Assembly (NCBI GenBank): GCA_041674285.1
Contig: JBAYVZ010000002.1
Span: forward strand, 14,600-78,599
DNA: 64,000 bases
Direction: 5' to 3'
Origin: Minisyncoccota bacterium
Lineage (GTDB): Bacteria > Patescibacteriota > Minisyncoccia > Phycocordibacterales > UBA9973
Position 1 is the stretch's first letter. Every line of letters starts with the position of its first letter. A program made the position numbers and the translations under genes. Positions 8,494 to 17,959 of the stretch are shown in pieces. The notes below the pieces were generated by a model that searched no databases, had not been told where the DNA came from, and worked only from the letters and a program-made list of their open reading frames with translations.

Positions 8494-10716
8494 ATGAAAC
8501 TTTTAATCGTAGAGTCACCTTCAAAAGCAAAGACAATTGAAAAATATTTAGACGGCGCATATACAGTCCGTGCATCTGTCGGACATATTCGTGATCTTCC
8601 AAAATCAAACAAGCAGGCTATCGATATCGAGGCTGGATTTGTCCCCCACTATGAGATATCCAAGGGTAAAGAAAAAGTAGTACACGAACTCCAAGAGCTA
8701 GCCAAGAAAGCTACAGACATCACACTAGCGACTGACCCGGATCGCGAAGGAGAAGCCATCGCATGGCACATAGAAGAATTACTCAAAGCTGATAAAAAAA
8801 TAAAGGCGCCGATCAATCGTGCGACTTTTCATGAGATCACAAAAGAAGCAGTAGAAGAGGCTCTCGCACATCCAAGACAAATAGATACAAATTTACGTCG
8901 GGCTCAAGAAGCTCGCCGAGTTCTAGACCGTCTCGTAGGATACGATCTATCAGGTGTGATCTGGAAGAAGGTCCGCTACGGTCTTTCTGCTGGTCGTGTA
9001 CAATCCCCTGCACTGCGCATCATCATGGAGCGCGAGCGAGAGATCCGTGCATTCGTACCAGAAAAATATTGGACACTCGAAGGACTCTTTGAATCAAAGA
9101 AAAAAGTGCAGATGACGCTATCATGTGTCGACGAACCTCGCGATGAAAAAATCGTAGAGAACATCATGAATCTCGGTCAAAAAGAAAAATGGTATGTCAC
9201 AGATCTAAAAGCGAGTGAACAGAAGCGCAGTGCTCGTGCACCATTCACTACATCCACACTCCAGCAGGTAGCATCTACTCGCCTTGGTTTTGCACCTTCA
9301 CGTACTATGCAGGTAGCACAAAAGCTCTACGAGCAAGGTCACATCACATACATGCGTACAGATAGTACAAATGTATCCGCTGTAGCCCAAGCTCAAATAC
9401 TGAAAGTCGTAGAGAAAAAGTATGGCAAGGAGTACGCAGAGGCTCACACATACAAGACAAAGTCCAAGAATGCTCAGGAAGCCCACGAAGCAATCCGTCC
9501 TACTCATGTCGAGAATATGAGTGAGGGATCAAATGAAGAACAAAAGAAATTGTACCGCCTCATCTGGGAGCGTGCTATTTCTTCACAGATGACTGATGCA
9601 AAACTCATGAAGACAAAGATAGTAGCGAATATCAAGAATGGAGAGATCCCAGACTTTACTGCAAATGGCTCACGCGTACTATTCCCTGGATGGCTCGCTT
9701 GTGATACAGATGCCCGTGGTGAAGACGTAGAACTACCCGAGGTTGAAGTAGGCGAAGAATTGAAACTCCTAGAACTTAAAAATACAGAAAAATTCACAGA
9801 GCCACCAAATAGGTACAGTGAAGCCGGACTCGTAAAGGAGCTAGAGGCTCGCGGTATCGGTCGTCCATCTACATATGCATCTATCATGCGCACACTCGAA
9901 GAGCGCGGATATGTGAACAAGGAAGGACGCACGCTATACCCTACAGATACTGGAGATGTAGTGTCTAGTTTTCTTGAAGCAAACTTTGCAGAATACATCA
10001 GCGATACATTCACAGCCGAGATGGAAGATGAGCTCGATGATATAGCCAATGGAGATCGCGAATATGTAAAGACTCTAAAAGACTTCTACACACCATTCCA
10101 AAAAGATGTAAAAGAAAAAGATAAACTAGCCAAGGCTACAAATATGGGCGAGGCTCCAGCGGAGATGAAGTGTCCAAAGTGTGAAGGGTCTATGATTGTA
10201 AAGCTCGCTCGCAATGGCAAGTTTTACTCTTGTGCAAATTACCCAGATTGTGATGGCGCACGAACACTCGAAGGCAATGAATTAGAAGGCCCAAAAGAAA
10301 CTGGTGAACTATGTCCCCTCTGCGGAGAGAAGAAGGGCAAGAGTGGCGGTGGAAAGCTAGTAATCCGACAAGGAAAATTTGGAGCATTCATATCTTGTTC
10401 ACGTTATCCAAAATGTAAATTCATAAAAGAAGACGAGGAAGAGAAGAAAAAGAAAATGTCCGGCGTAAAATGTCCTATGTGTAAAGATGGCGAGATGATG
10501 GAGCGCCGAGGACGATTTGGAATATGCTACTCTTGCTCGAATTATCCAACTTGCAAGAATGCGATAAAGACAAAACCTACTGGAAACATCTGCCCTATGT
10601 GCGACAGTCTGATGATGGAAGGTACAAAAACTATTCCAGAGAGATGTAGTAATAAAATGTGTAAGAATCACAACCCACACAAATTAGGAGACGAAATAAA
10701 ATCAAATAAGAAATAA
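8494..10716 (+). CDS. topA: DNA topoisomerase I with four C-terminal C4 zinc ribbons
   Basis: 740 aa; TOPRIM N-terminus (KLLIVESPSKAKTI), active-site region, then CPxC...CxxC zinc fingers. Confidence 0.9.
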   Translation: MKLLIVESPSKAKTIEKYLDGAYTVRASVGHIRDLPKSNKQAIDIEAGFVPHYEISKGKEKVVHELQELAKKATDITLATDPDREGEAIAWHIEELLKADKKIKAPINRATFHEITKEAVEEALAHPRQIDTNLRRAQEARRVLDRLVGYDLSGVIWKKVRYGLSAGRVQSPALRIIMEREREIRAFVPEKYWTLEGLFESKKKVQMTLSCVDEPRDEKIVENIMNLGQKEKWYVTDLKASEQKRSARAPFTTSTLQQVASTRLGFAPSRTMQVAQKLYEQGHITYMRTDSTNVSAVAQAQILKVVEKKYGKEYAEAHTYKTKSKNAQEAHEAIRPTHVENMSEGSNEEQKKLYRLIWERAISSQMTDAKLMKTKIVANIKNGEIPDFTANGSRVLFPGWLACDTDARGEDVELPEVEVGEELKLLELKNTEKFTEPPNRYSEAGLVKELEARGIGRPSTYASIMRTLEERGYVNKEGRTLYPTDTGDVVSSFLEANFAEYISDTFTAEMEDELDDIANGDREYVKTLKDFYTPFQKDVKEKDKLAKATNMGEAPAEMKCPKCEGSMIVKLARNGKFYSCANYPDCDGARTLEGNELEGPKETGELCPLCGEKKGKSGGGKLVIRQGKFGAFISCSRYPKCKFIKEDEEEKKKKMSGVKCPMCKDGEMMERRGRFGICYSCSNYPTCKNAIKTKPTGNICPMCDSLMMEGTKTIPERCSNKMCKNHNPHKLGDEIKSNKK

Positions 10717-10720
10717 AAAA

Positions 10721-10753
10721 ATTCCCGAAGATGTCTTCGGGAATTTTTTTATT
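10721..10753 (+). terminator. rho-independent terminator after topA
   Basis: attcccgaag/cttcgggaat stem followed by T7. Confidence 0.75.
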
Positions 10754-11160
10754 TAATCTAGGCACGGGTTACCCGTGTCCAGGAAATTAGCAGACAAAGC
10801 TAGGGCATGATCTAAATTTTCCTTATCACTTGCCTTAAAAGGTTCTTTTTTAAAAAATGTAAAATCAGACAAATTATGTTTTTTTGATTTGAAATAAAAA
10901 TCAATACATCCATCTCTGTTGAATATGATTTTCACAAAATTCAAATCTTTTTGTGCATAAAAATAGTGCATTGGCTGTTTGATTGAATCAAACATAATTT
11001 GTCGATCACCTACATGTATATTTTTATGCTTTAATGAATTTTTGATTCTACTACTCACGTAGTCTATAGAATGTAGAACTTGAAAGAAAAAATCATCATC
11101 GATTTTATCGTGTAGGCTTGCTACAGGGATAAAAGTCCAAGGTAATTTTGGATTTTTCAT
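10753..11160 (-). CDS. hypothetical protein
   Basis: 135 aa ORF, Phe-rich, no family recognised. Confidence 0.4.
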   Translation of the reverse strand: MKNPKLPWTFIPVASLHDKIDDDFFFQVLHSIDYVSSRIKNSLKHKNIHVGDRQIMFDSIKQPMHYFYAQKDLNFVKIIFNRDGCIDFYFKSKKHNLSDFTFFKKEPFKASDKENLDHALALSANFLDTGNPCLD

Positions 11161-11191
11161 AAAATTGTATTTTTCTTTTTACACTACCATT

Positions 11192-11220
11192 TTGATATAT
11201 TTCGGTCAATCAGCTATACT
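11192..11220 (+). promoter_or_regulatory. sigma70-like promoter (TTGATA-17-TATACT) upstream of rel
   Basis: consensus-like hexamers with 17 bp spacing; about 105 nt leader to the ATG at 11332. Confidence 0.4.
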
Positions 11221-11331
11221 CTATATACCTGTCCCGTATTAAATTTTTGATTAATCTAATTTGAGAAGACATAAAAATACAGGACAATCGTCGTATAGGC
11301 AAGAATATTATAAGTAAAATTTTAGTATGGG

Positions 11332-12810
11332 ATGACAACAGATATTAATGAAATCTATAAAATAGCTCCTAGGCTCAATGATGAAGATAAAGCATTAATA
11401 CAAAAGGCTTATGATGTGGCACACAAAGCTCATGCCGGCCAAATGCGCAAAAGCGGTGAACCCTATTTTATTCACGTATTTGCTACAGCAAAAAATCTAG
11501 CCTCCTTTGGTATGGACGCCAAGACTATCGCTGCTGGATTCCTACACGATACACTAGAAGATACAGACCTTCCAGAAGAAGAACTAATAGCCGAATTCGG
11601 CGAAGAAATAGTAAAACTAGTAAATGGTGTGACAAAGCTCGGTAAAGTAAAGTACCAAGGTCATGCACGACACGTAGAATCACTCCGTAAATTCTTTATG
11701 GCCATGGCAGATGACCTGCGAATACTGATTATTAAACTAGCAGACAGACTACACAATGTGCAGACGCTAGAGCACGTACGCGAAGACAAGAGGAAGAGAA
11801 TTGCATTAGAGACTATCGAGATACACGCACGTCTCGCTGACCGCATAGGTATGAACAGCCTAAAAGGTAATCTTGAAGATGCTGCTTTCCCCTACGCCTA
11901 TCCAAAAGAGTATGCTGAGCTTCAAAAAATATTGGCAAATGTAAAATCAGACAATACAAAAGATTTAGAAATGGTCACAGAAGAACTCACAAAAGAATTA
12001 ATCAACCAAAAAATAAACATTGTAGAGATTTCTCGTCGCTCAAAATATAAATATAGTCTTTGGAACAAACTCGTAAAGTACAATATGGACATTGAGAAGA
12101 TATACGATGTGGTCGCGCTCCGAGTGATTGTGAACAACATCGAGGATTGCTATAGAACTCTCGGTATTGTACATAGCATATGGAAGCCTCTACCAGGAAG
12201 AATCAAAGATTATATCTCCACACCAAAGCCAAATGGATACAGATCTCTACACACTACGATATTCACTGGTACTGGTGGAGTGATAGAAGTACAGATACGT
12301 ACACCCGAGATGCACGCCGAGGCTGTATACGGCATCGCTGCACACTTTATATACAAAGAAACTGGTGGCAAAAACTTTACTATCAAAGGTAGCAAAGATA
12401 GAAAATTTGAATGGCTATCTCAACTCCAAGAATTACACAAGACAGTAGATGACCCAGAGAAATTCCTCCAGCATCTACAGATGGATTTATTCCAGGATCG
12501 AATATTCGTATTTACCCCAAAGGGAGATGTAGTAGACCTACCAAAGGGGTCAACGATTATAGATTTTGCTTATGCCATACACTCTGACATTGGGGATCAC
12601 ACCCAAAGTGCATTGATAAACAATAAAAATGCGAGTCTTGGAACTGTACTTTCAAACCGTGACATCATAGAGATTATTGTGAATCCAAATACAAACCCAT
12701 CCTCAAAATGGCTAGAGTATGCCAAGACAAGTATTGCGAGAAAACACATAAATGCACACTTGAAAGAGAATAGCCTCCTCTCAAAATTCAGATCATTCGC
12801 AAAATTCTAA
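11332..12810 (+). CDS. rel: bifunctional (p)ppGpp synthetase/hydrolase, Rel/SpoT homolog (HD + synthetase + TGS)
   Basis: 492 aa; HD hydrolase motifs (HDTLED), RelA/SpoT synthetase domain, TGS domain (FTPKGDVVDLPKGSTIIDFAY). Confidence 0.85.
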   Translation: MTTDINEIYKIAPRLNDEDKALIQKAYDVAHKAHAGQMRKSGEPYFIHVFATAKNLASFGMDAKTIAAGFLHDTLEDTDLPEEELIAEFGEEIVKLVNGVTKLGKVKYQGHARHVESLRKFFMAMADDLRILIIKLADRLHNVQTLEHVREDKRKRIALETIEIHARLADRIGMNSLKGNLEDAAFPYAYPKEYAELQKILANVKSDNTKDLEMVTEELTKELINQKINIVEISRRSKYKYSLWNKLVKYNMDIEKIYDVVALRVIVNNIEDCYRTLGIVHSIWKPLPGRIKDYISTPKPNGYRSLHTTIFTGTGGVIEVQIRTPEMHAEAVYGIAAHFIYKETGGKNFTIKGSKDRKFEWLSQLQELHKTVDDPEKFLQHLQMDLFQDRIFVFTPKGDVVDLPKGSTIIDFAYAIHSDIGDHTQSALINNKNASLGTVLSNRDIIEIIVNPNTNPSSKWLEYAKTSIARKHINAHLKENSLLSKFRSFAKF

Positions 12811-12814
12811 AAAT

Positions 12815-12850
12815 AAAAAATGTACCAGTTAGACTGGTACATTTTTTATT
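12815..12850. terminator. bidirectional terminator (rel / parB)
   Basis: tgtaccagt/actggtaca stem with A-run and T-run on either side. Confidence 0.75.
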
Positions 12851-13875
12851 TATAGTGAGAAATTTTTTATGTTATACAATTCTTCTTCTACTTTTTGTTT
12901 CTCTTGATCATCTCTGTCGTCTAACATCTCTATCTCCTCTGCTACGATATCATTCACCTCTAGACTCGCACCGATAGGTACCATAGCTTCGAGACCACCC
13001 ACAGAAGCGATATGCCTATCTAGCATTTCAGTGGGCTTCTTGCCTTTTGATTCGACAGATTTCATAACTTCTAAGATATTGCGTAGGTCTTCATTTGTAA
13101 AGAAATCAATAGTGATCTGTCCCCCATTCTGACCTTTTTCTACGTGAACTCTTGTGCCTAGTGCCTCAGCTAGATGTTCTTCCATCTCTAATAGCTCCGG
13201 GTCTAGTATATATTCTTTGTTTCGTACACGATCCACTGCGATACGACGAGCGTACTTTTCTGCGTCACGTACATTCATCTTTTTAAATAATATTTCTTTG
13301 AACAATACCATCTGCTCCTCTGGCTTATCTGCGAGCATCATAATAGGGCGAGTATGACCCTCTGTGATTTTGCGAGCAGAGAGTGCGTCGAGTACTTCTT
13401 GAGGCAATGACAATAGACGAAGAGTATTGGATACATACTCACGACTCTTTCCTACCTTGGTACCCACCTGACCATGAGTGAATTTAAATTCTTCTACAAG
13501 TCGGAAGAATGCGCGAGCGCGCTCTACAGCATTCAGATCTTCACGCTGAAGATTCTCTATGATAGCCAATTCGAGCTTTGCCATATTGTCATCACCCACA
13601 CGGATGACTACTGGTACTTGAGGAAGCCCTGCGAGCTTTGATGCTCGTAGGCGGCGTTCACCAGCGATGAGCTCGTATTCTACTGCGATACCACCATCTT
13701 CTTTTATAACCTCCACGCGAGATACAGTCAGTGGCTGGAGTATGCCGTACTGACGGATAGAGTCAGATAGATCTTTTAACCGGGCCTCTTCGAATTCTCG
13801 ACGTGGCTGAAAAGGGTTGGGCTTGATCTTATCGACATCCACCCAAAATATTGAATTGCTGTATAGTTGTGACAT
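12850..13875 (-). CDS. parB: ParB/Spo0J chromosome partitioning protein
   Basis: 341 aa; ParB N-terminal box (IxPNPFQPRREF) and HTH (GELIAGERRLRA). Confidence 0.8.
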   Translation of the reverse strand: MSQLYSNSIFWVDVDKIKPNPFQPRREFEEARLKDLSDSIRQYGILQPLTVSRVEVIKEDGGIAVEYELIAGERRLRASKLAGLPQVPVVIRVGDDNMAKLELAIIENLQREDLNAVERARAFFRLVEEFKFTHGQVGTKVGKSREYVSNTLRLLSLPQEVLDALSARKITEGHTRPIMMLADKPEEQMVLFKEILFKKMNVRDAEKYARRIAVDRVRNKEYILDPELLEMEEHLAEALGTRVHVEKGQNGGQITIDFFTNEDLRNILEVMKSVESKGKKPTEMLDRHIASVGGLEAMVPIGASLEVNDIVAEEIEMLDDRDDQEKQKVEEELYNIKNFSL

Positions 13876-13913
13876 GCGTGTATTTTAGCATAATTTGAAA
13901 AGTAATTAAAATA

Positions 13914-13942
13914 TTGAAAAATTAATAGAAATCATGTATAGT
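13914..13942 (+). promoter_or_regulatory. sigma70-like promoter for tRNA-Tyr (TTGAAA-17-TATAGT, TG-extended)
   Basis: -35 at 13914..13919, -10 at 13937..13942; tRNA begins at 13971. Confidence 0.4.
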
Positions 13943-13970
13943 AACAATTATATGTAGTTTATACATATCT

Positions 13971-14053
13971 GCGTCGGTGGTGGAGTGGTCTATCACAACA
14001 GACTGTAAATCTGTCGGCTTCGGCCTTCGTTGGTTCGAATCCAACCCGGCGCA
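13971..14053 (+). tRNA. tRNA-Tyr (anticodon GUA), type II with long variable arm
   Basis: acceptor gcgtcgg/ccggcgc (G.U at position 4), anticodon stem acaga/tctgt, loop ctGTAaa, variable arm cggcttcggccttc, T-arm gttgg-ttcgaat-ccaac. Confidence 0.85.
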
Positions 14054-14055
14054 CA

Positions 14056-14095
14056 AAAAATCCCACAAGCTACTGCTTGTGGGATTTTTCTTTTT
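14056..14095 (+). terminator. terminator after tRNA-Tyr
   Basis: tcccacaagc/gcttgtggga 10 bp stem followed by a T-run. Confidence 0.75.
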
Positions 14096-14151
14096 AAGAG
14101 ATTTCACCTTATTTACCAAGGTGACCTCTTTTTTGGTTTACATTCACACGG

Positions 14152-14349
14152 TTAAATTTTAGTTTTTTTACTCTGAGCTTCTTTTTGAGAATCTTCCCCA
14201 TCTAAATGCTTAGATGTCGCAACTTGAACATGGATCTTATTTTTAATTCTTTTTTCTGTTTTGACCCCAGCCCTTTTTCTAATATTATTTTGATGATTAA
14301 AATTCGATCCAGAATTTTTTCTCCTTCTTTTTTTTCTTGTGTGTCCCAT
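14152..14349 (-). CDS. small highly basic ORF (questionable)
   Basis: 65 aa ORF with KKRRRK tract between two terminators; could be an artefact of AT-rich sequence. Confidence 0.2.
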   Translation of the reverse strand: MGHTRKKRRRKNSGSNFNHQNNIRKRAGVKTEKRIKNKIHVQVATSKHLDGEDSQKEAQSKKTKI

Positions 14350-14393
14350 AAAAGTATTAATTTGTTTTATTTTCAGATTATCATCTTTTTAAT

Positions 14394-14436
14394 ATTTGTC
14401 AAAGAAAAACAACGACAGTGTCGTTGTTTTTCTTTG
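14394..14436 (-). terminator. clpB terminator (20 bp perfect stem)
   Basis: tgtcaaagaaaaacaacgac-agt-gtcgttgtttttctttgaca immediately downstream of the clpB stop. Confidence 0.75.
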
Positions 14437-14439
14437 ACA

Positions 14440-17139
14440 TTATTTTGCTGTATAAGGACTTGGTTTTGATACTTTTAGATTAGACTTAATCTTTTTCTTT
14501 TTCATATCAATTACAAGTTCACCATCTTTCATAGTCACGAATACTGCCTCACCTTTTCCTACACCCTTTTCGATTATAAATGTAGCTACATGATTTAGAA
14601 TTTTGTTCTGTATCAATCGAGCCAGTGGTCGAGCACCATAATGAGGATCGTACCCTTCTTTTGCGAGATAGTCCATAGCTTCATCAGATATATCCAATTC
14701 AATACCTTTTGACAATAATCTATTTCGAACAACATCCATCTTGATAGATACAATATTGCGTATTACCTCAGGGGACAAAACATCAAATACGATAACATCG
14801 TCTAGGCGGTTTAAGAATTCTGGGCGGAAATGGTCTTTGAGACTTGCTAGGACTTTGTCTTTTGTATTTTGATAATCTTCTTTGATTGTATTTGTATTGA
14901 ATCCGATACTCTCCATCTTTTCAATCAAATGTGAACCGATATTTGAGGTCATTATTATGATTGAATTTTTAAAGTTTACAGTACGCCCTTTTGAATCTGT
15001 GAGCTTGCCCTCGTCGAGCACCTGGAGGAGTATATTGAAAACTTCTGGATGAGCCTTTTCTATCTCATCAAACAATATGACTGAATACGGTCGGTGGCGA
15101 ATCTGCTCTGTGAGCTGTCCTGATTCATCATATCCTACGTATCCTGGCGGTGAGCCGACTAACTTTGACACACTATGACGCTCCATGTATTCAGACATAT
15201 CAACTCTGATCAATGACTTCTCATCATCAAACATGAATTGCGCCAGTGCTTTTGTCAGTTCGGTCTTTCCTACACCAGTAGGTCCTAGGAATATAAATGA
15301 ACCGATTGGCTTGTTTGGATCTGATATGCCAGCACGTGAACGGCGGACAACATCAGAAATCTTTTTGATTGCTTCATCCTGCCCTACGACACGCTTTCGC
15401 AATTCATCCTCCATATGCGACAGCTTGCTACGCTCTTCTTCTAGCATTCTAGATAGTGGTACACCAGTCCACCTAGCGACAACCTCAGCGATATCTTCTG
15501 TCGTGATTTCTTCTTTCAAAATCCTGCGAGATTTTTGCAATTTTTTAAGTTTTGCCAATTTTAAATCTAAATCTTTCTGGAAATCGGGGATCTGCCCATA
15601 GCGAATCTCTGCCACACGAGCCAGGTCTCCACGCATCTCTGCATTGTCTGCCTCAAAACGAAGAGTTTCTAATTCTTTTTTAATCGCACGAATTTCTACT
15701 ACAGTATCTTTTTCATTCTTCCACTTCAGTTCAAGTTCTTTTGTCTTTTCTTTCAAGTTTGCTACTTCAGAATCGATCTCTTTTATTCGAGCTTTTGTAT
15801 CTTTATTTTCTTTTCCCGAGCGAGATTCCATACTTAGTTCATTAGATAGAGCCTCCTTTTCTATTTCAAAACGCATGATTTTCCTATGCGCCTCTTCGAG
15901 GGCAGCTGGCTTGTTCTCAAGTGAAATCTTGAGCGCAGAAGAAGCTTCATCGATCAGATCAACGGCTTTGTCAGGTAGATATCTACCTGTTATATATCTG
16001 GTCGACAAATTTACCGCTGCGATTATAGCATCATCGGTAATTCTAACCCCATGAAATAATTCATATTTCTCTTTGAGCCCTCGCAGTATCGCGATGGCAT
16101 CATCAGTAGATGGCTCATCGATAAATATAGGCTGAAATCTACGTGCGAGTGCAGGATCCTTCTCTATGTGTTTTTGATATTCTTTTAATGTTGTGGCGCC
16201 TACAGCACGTAGCTCCCCTCGAGCAAGTGCTGGCTTTAGCATATTCGAAGCATCTAGTGACCCCTCAGAGCTACCCGCCCCTACGATAGTATGTATCTCA
16301 TCGATGAATAGGATAACCTTGCCATCTGTCTTTTCAATCTCTTTCATGATACCGCGTAGACGCTCTTCTAATTCACCGCGATATTTTGTACCAGCAAGCA
16401 ACAATCCAAGATCAATAGATACAACTTCTTTATCACGAAGACTCTCTGGCACATCCCCTTTTGCTATTCTCAAGGCCAATGCTTCAGCAACGGCAGTCTT
16501 GCCTGTGCCGGCCTCACCTATGAGTATCGGATTATTTTTTGTACGACGAGACAGTATCTGCATGAGGCGCATAATCTCTGTATCTCGGCCGATAACTGGG
16601 TCGAGCTTATCTTCTCGTGCGAGCTTTGTCAGGCTACGAGTAAATTTAGTTAAAAGTTTTGGCTTTTTCGAGCTACCAGTATCTGTGATATTTTCTTTAC
16701 GAAACATCTCTACAATATTTACAATCTTTTCTCTTTCGATTTTAAATCTTCCGAGCATCTCACGGGCTTCACCTGGAGTCTCCAATAGTGAGATAAATAA
16801 ATGCTCAGTAGATACAAATTCGTCTTTGAGTGTGACCGCGACTTTACTAGAATTTTCAATTGCGGCAGCCAAATCTGGAGTCAGATATATCTGATAAGAA
16901 GGAGAAACTGTATTGCGAGCCTCTGGATTTTCAATCACTTCTGCTACGGTGTCTACCAGTAGCATAGTATCTACATCCATCTTTTCTAAGATAGAGATAA
17001 TCAGTGAATCCTCTTGCACTAGCAATGCAGTTAGCAGATGCAGACCATTTACATGATTCTGCCCACGCTCAATAGCCAGCTCGTGAGCCTTGCGAATTGC
17101 CTCTTTTGCTTTTGTTGTAAAATGATTGAATGGTGGCAT
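14440..17139 (-). CDS. clpB: ClpB-type AAA+ disaggregase chaperone
   Basis: 899 aa; Clp N domain, two AAA+ modules (GEAGTGKTA, GPTGVGKTE), coiled-coil M-domain between them. Confidence 0.9.
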   Translation of the reverse strand: MPPFNHFTTKAKEAIRKAHELAIERGQNHVNGLHLLTALLVQEDSLIISILEKMDVDTMLLVDTVAEVIENPEARNTVSPSYQIYLTPDLAAAIENSSKVAVTLKDEFVSTEHLFISLLETPGEAREMLGRFKIEREKIVNIVEMFRKENITDTGSSKKPKLLTKFTRSLTKLAREDKLDPVIGRDTEIMRLMQILSRRTKNNPILIGEAGTGKTAVAEALALRIAKGDVPESLRDKEVVSIDLGLLLAGTKYRGELEERLRGIMKEIEKTDGKVILFIDEIHTIVGAGSSEGSLDASNMLKPALARGELRAVGATTLKEYQKHIEKDPALARRFQPIFIDEPSTDDAIAILRGLKEKYELFHGVRITDDAIIAAVNLSTRYITGRYLPDKAVDLIDEASSALKISLENKPAALEEAHRKIMRFEIEKEALSNELSMESRSGKENKDTKARIKEIDSEVANLKEKTKELELKWKNEKDTVVEIRAIKKELETLRFEADNAEMRGDLARVAEIRYGQIPDFQKDLDLKLAKLKKLQKSRRILKEEITTEDIAEVVARWTGVPLSRMLEEERSKLSHMEDELRKRVVGQDEAIKKISDVVRRSRAGISDPNKPIGSFIFLGPTGVGKTELTKALAQFMFDDEKSLIRVDMSEYMERHSVSKLVGSPPGYVGYDESGQLTEQIRHRPYSVILFDEIEKAHPEVFNILLQVLDEGKLTDSKGRTVNFKNSIIIMTSNIGSHLIEKMESIGFNTNTIKEDYQNTKDKVLASLKDHFRPEFLNRLDDVIVFDVLSPEVIRNIVSIKMDVVRNRLLSKGIELDISDEAMDYLAKEGYDPHYGARPLARLIQNKILNHVATFIIEKGVGKGEAVFVTMKDGELVIDMKKKKIKSNLKVSKPSPYTAK

Positions 17140-17237
17140 TGATTTTGCGGAATCACATCGCGTACGCCCTTTTGACGCGATGCTCCCGATTCTTAATTTT
17201 GTAATTTTAAATTTTTAAACAAAAACAATATACATAT

Positions 17238-17807
17238 TTATTGCTTAGGAGCAGTATTTAAATCTACTGGTGTATCTGTCTCTTTTGGATCGGCAGGTTT
17301 TACTTCGTCTGTGATTTTTGATTTTGATTGAATTTGTAAAATCACAAAACCATTTCCATAACTTTTTAAAATCTTTGCTTCGAATAAATCTGAGCCTAGC
17401 ATTACTTTGTATGAATCTTCTTTTCCTGTGAGATTATTCATCTCGATCAAAATTAATCCAGAATCAGAGATTACTACACCTTGGCCCAATGGTCTGATGG
17501 GGTCTATCGCTACGATATCTTTATCTTCCTCACTAGGTGTGACAACTACATAATTTTTATCATATACAGACACCAGCACAGCATTATCAGAAAGACTGAT
17601 TCCTTGCTTCTTTTCTTCAGATGGAACCTGAACGGTGGTCACCTTTTCTATCGTTCTCTGAATTACGTTATTAATAGTCTGAGTGGCGCTCTTTGGCATC
17701 TGATTCATCAGAGTCACAGTTACTATACCAGTAGCGATTGATACAACAAACGTTATTAATAAGGTCAATAATATAAGTTGGGTTTTGTTTAATTCTTTGA
17801 TATCCAT
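17238..17807 (-). CDS. hypothetical membrane-anchored/secreted protein
   Basis: 189 aa; N-terminal TM helix then soluble domain; no family recognised. Confidence 0.5.
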   Translation of the reverse strand: MDIKELNKTQLILLTLLITFVVSIATGIVTVTLMNQMPKSATQTINNVIQRTIEKVTTVQVPSEEKKQGISLSDNAVLVSVYDKNYVVVTPSEEDKDIVAIDPIRPLGQGVVISDSGLILIEMNNLTGKEDSYKVMLGSDLFEAKILKSYGNGFVILQIQSKSKITDEVKPADPKETDTPVDLNTAPKQ

Positions 17808-17926
17808 CCCGTTAGAGATAGGTAATGTTTACATTACCGTATCTTGTTAATATATAGTAAAAATACGACTTTCTTTTTTTATAAACCACCCCGAATTAGA
17901 AAGATAACAAGCGCATCTCTAACGGG
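17808..17926 (-). mobile_element. MITE-like element, copy 2 (119 bp) at the start codon of the 17238..17807 gene
   Basis: TIR cccgttagagat/atctctaacggg; atccat duplicated on both sides; internal hairpin ggtaatg-ttta-cattacc. Confidence 0.6.
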
Positions 17927-17959
17927 ATCCATTAGTTCAGTATAGCATAGCAGTCAAGC

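Noticed and set aside
14152-14349. 65-aa highly basic ORF as a possible ribosomal protein
   Set aside because: No match to any ribosomal protein signature I can recall (bL32-bL36, bS21 and so on); poly-Lys/Arg arises easily from AAA/AGA-rich sequence. It is kept only as a low-confidence ORF.
15185-16894. Three plus-strand ORFs (138, 136 and 233 aa) inside clpB
   Set aside because: They are antisense to a well-supported 899-aa ClpB, have Ser/Phe-rich low-complexity translations typical of antisense frames, and lack start context.
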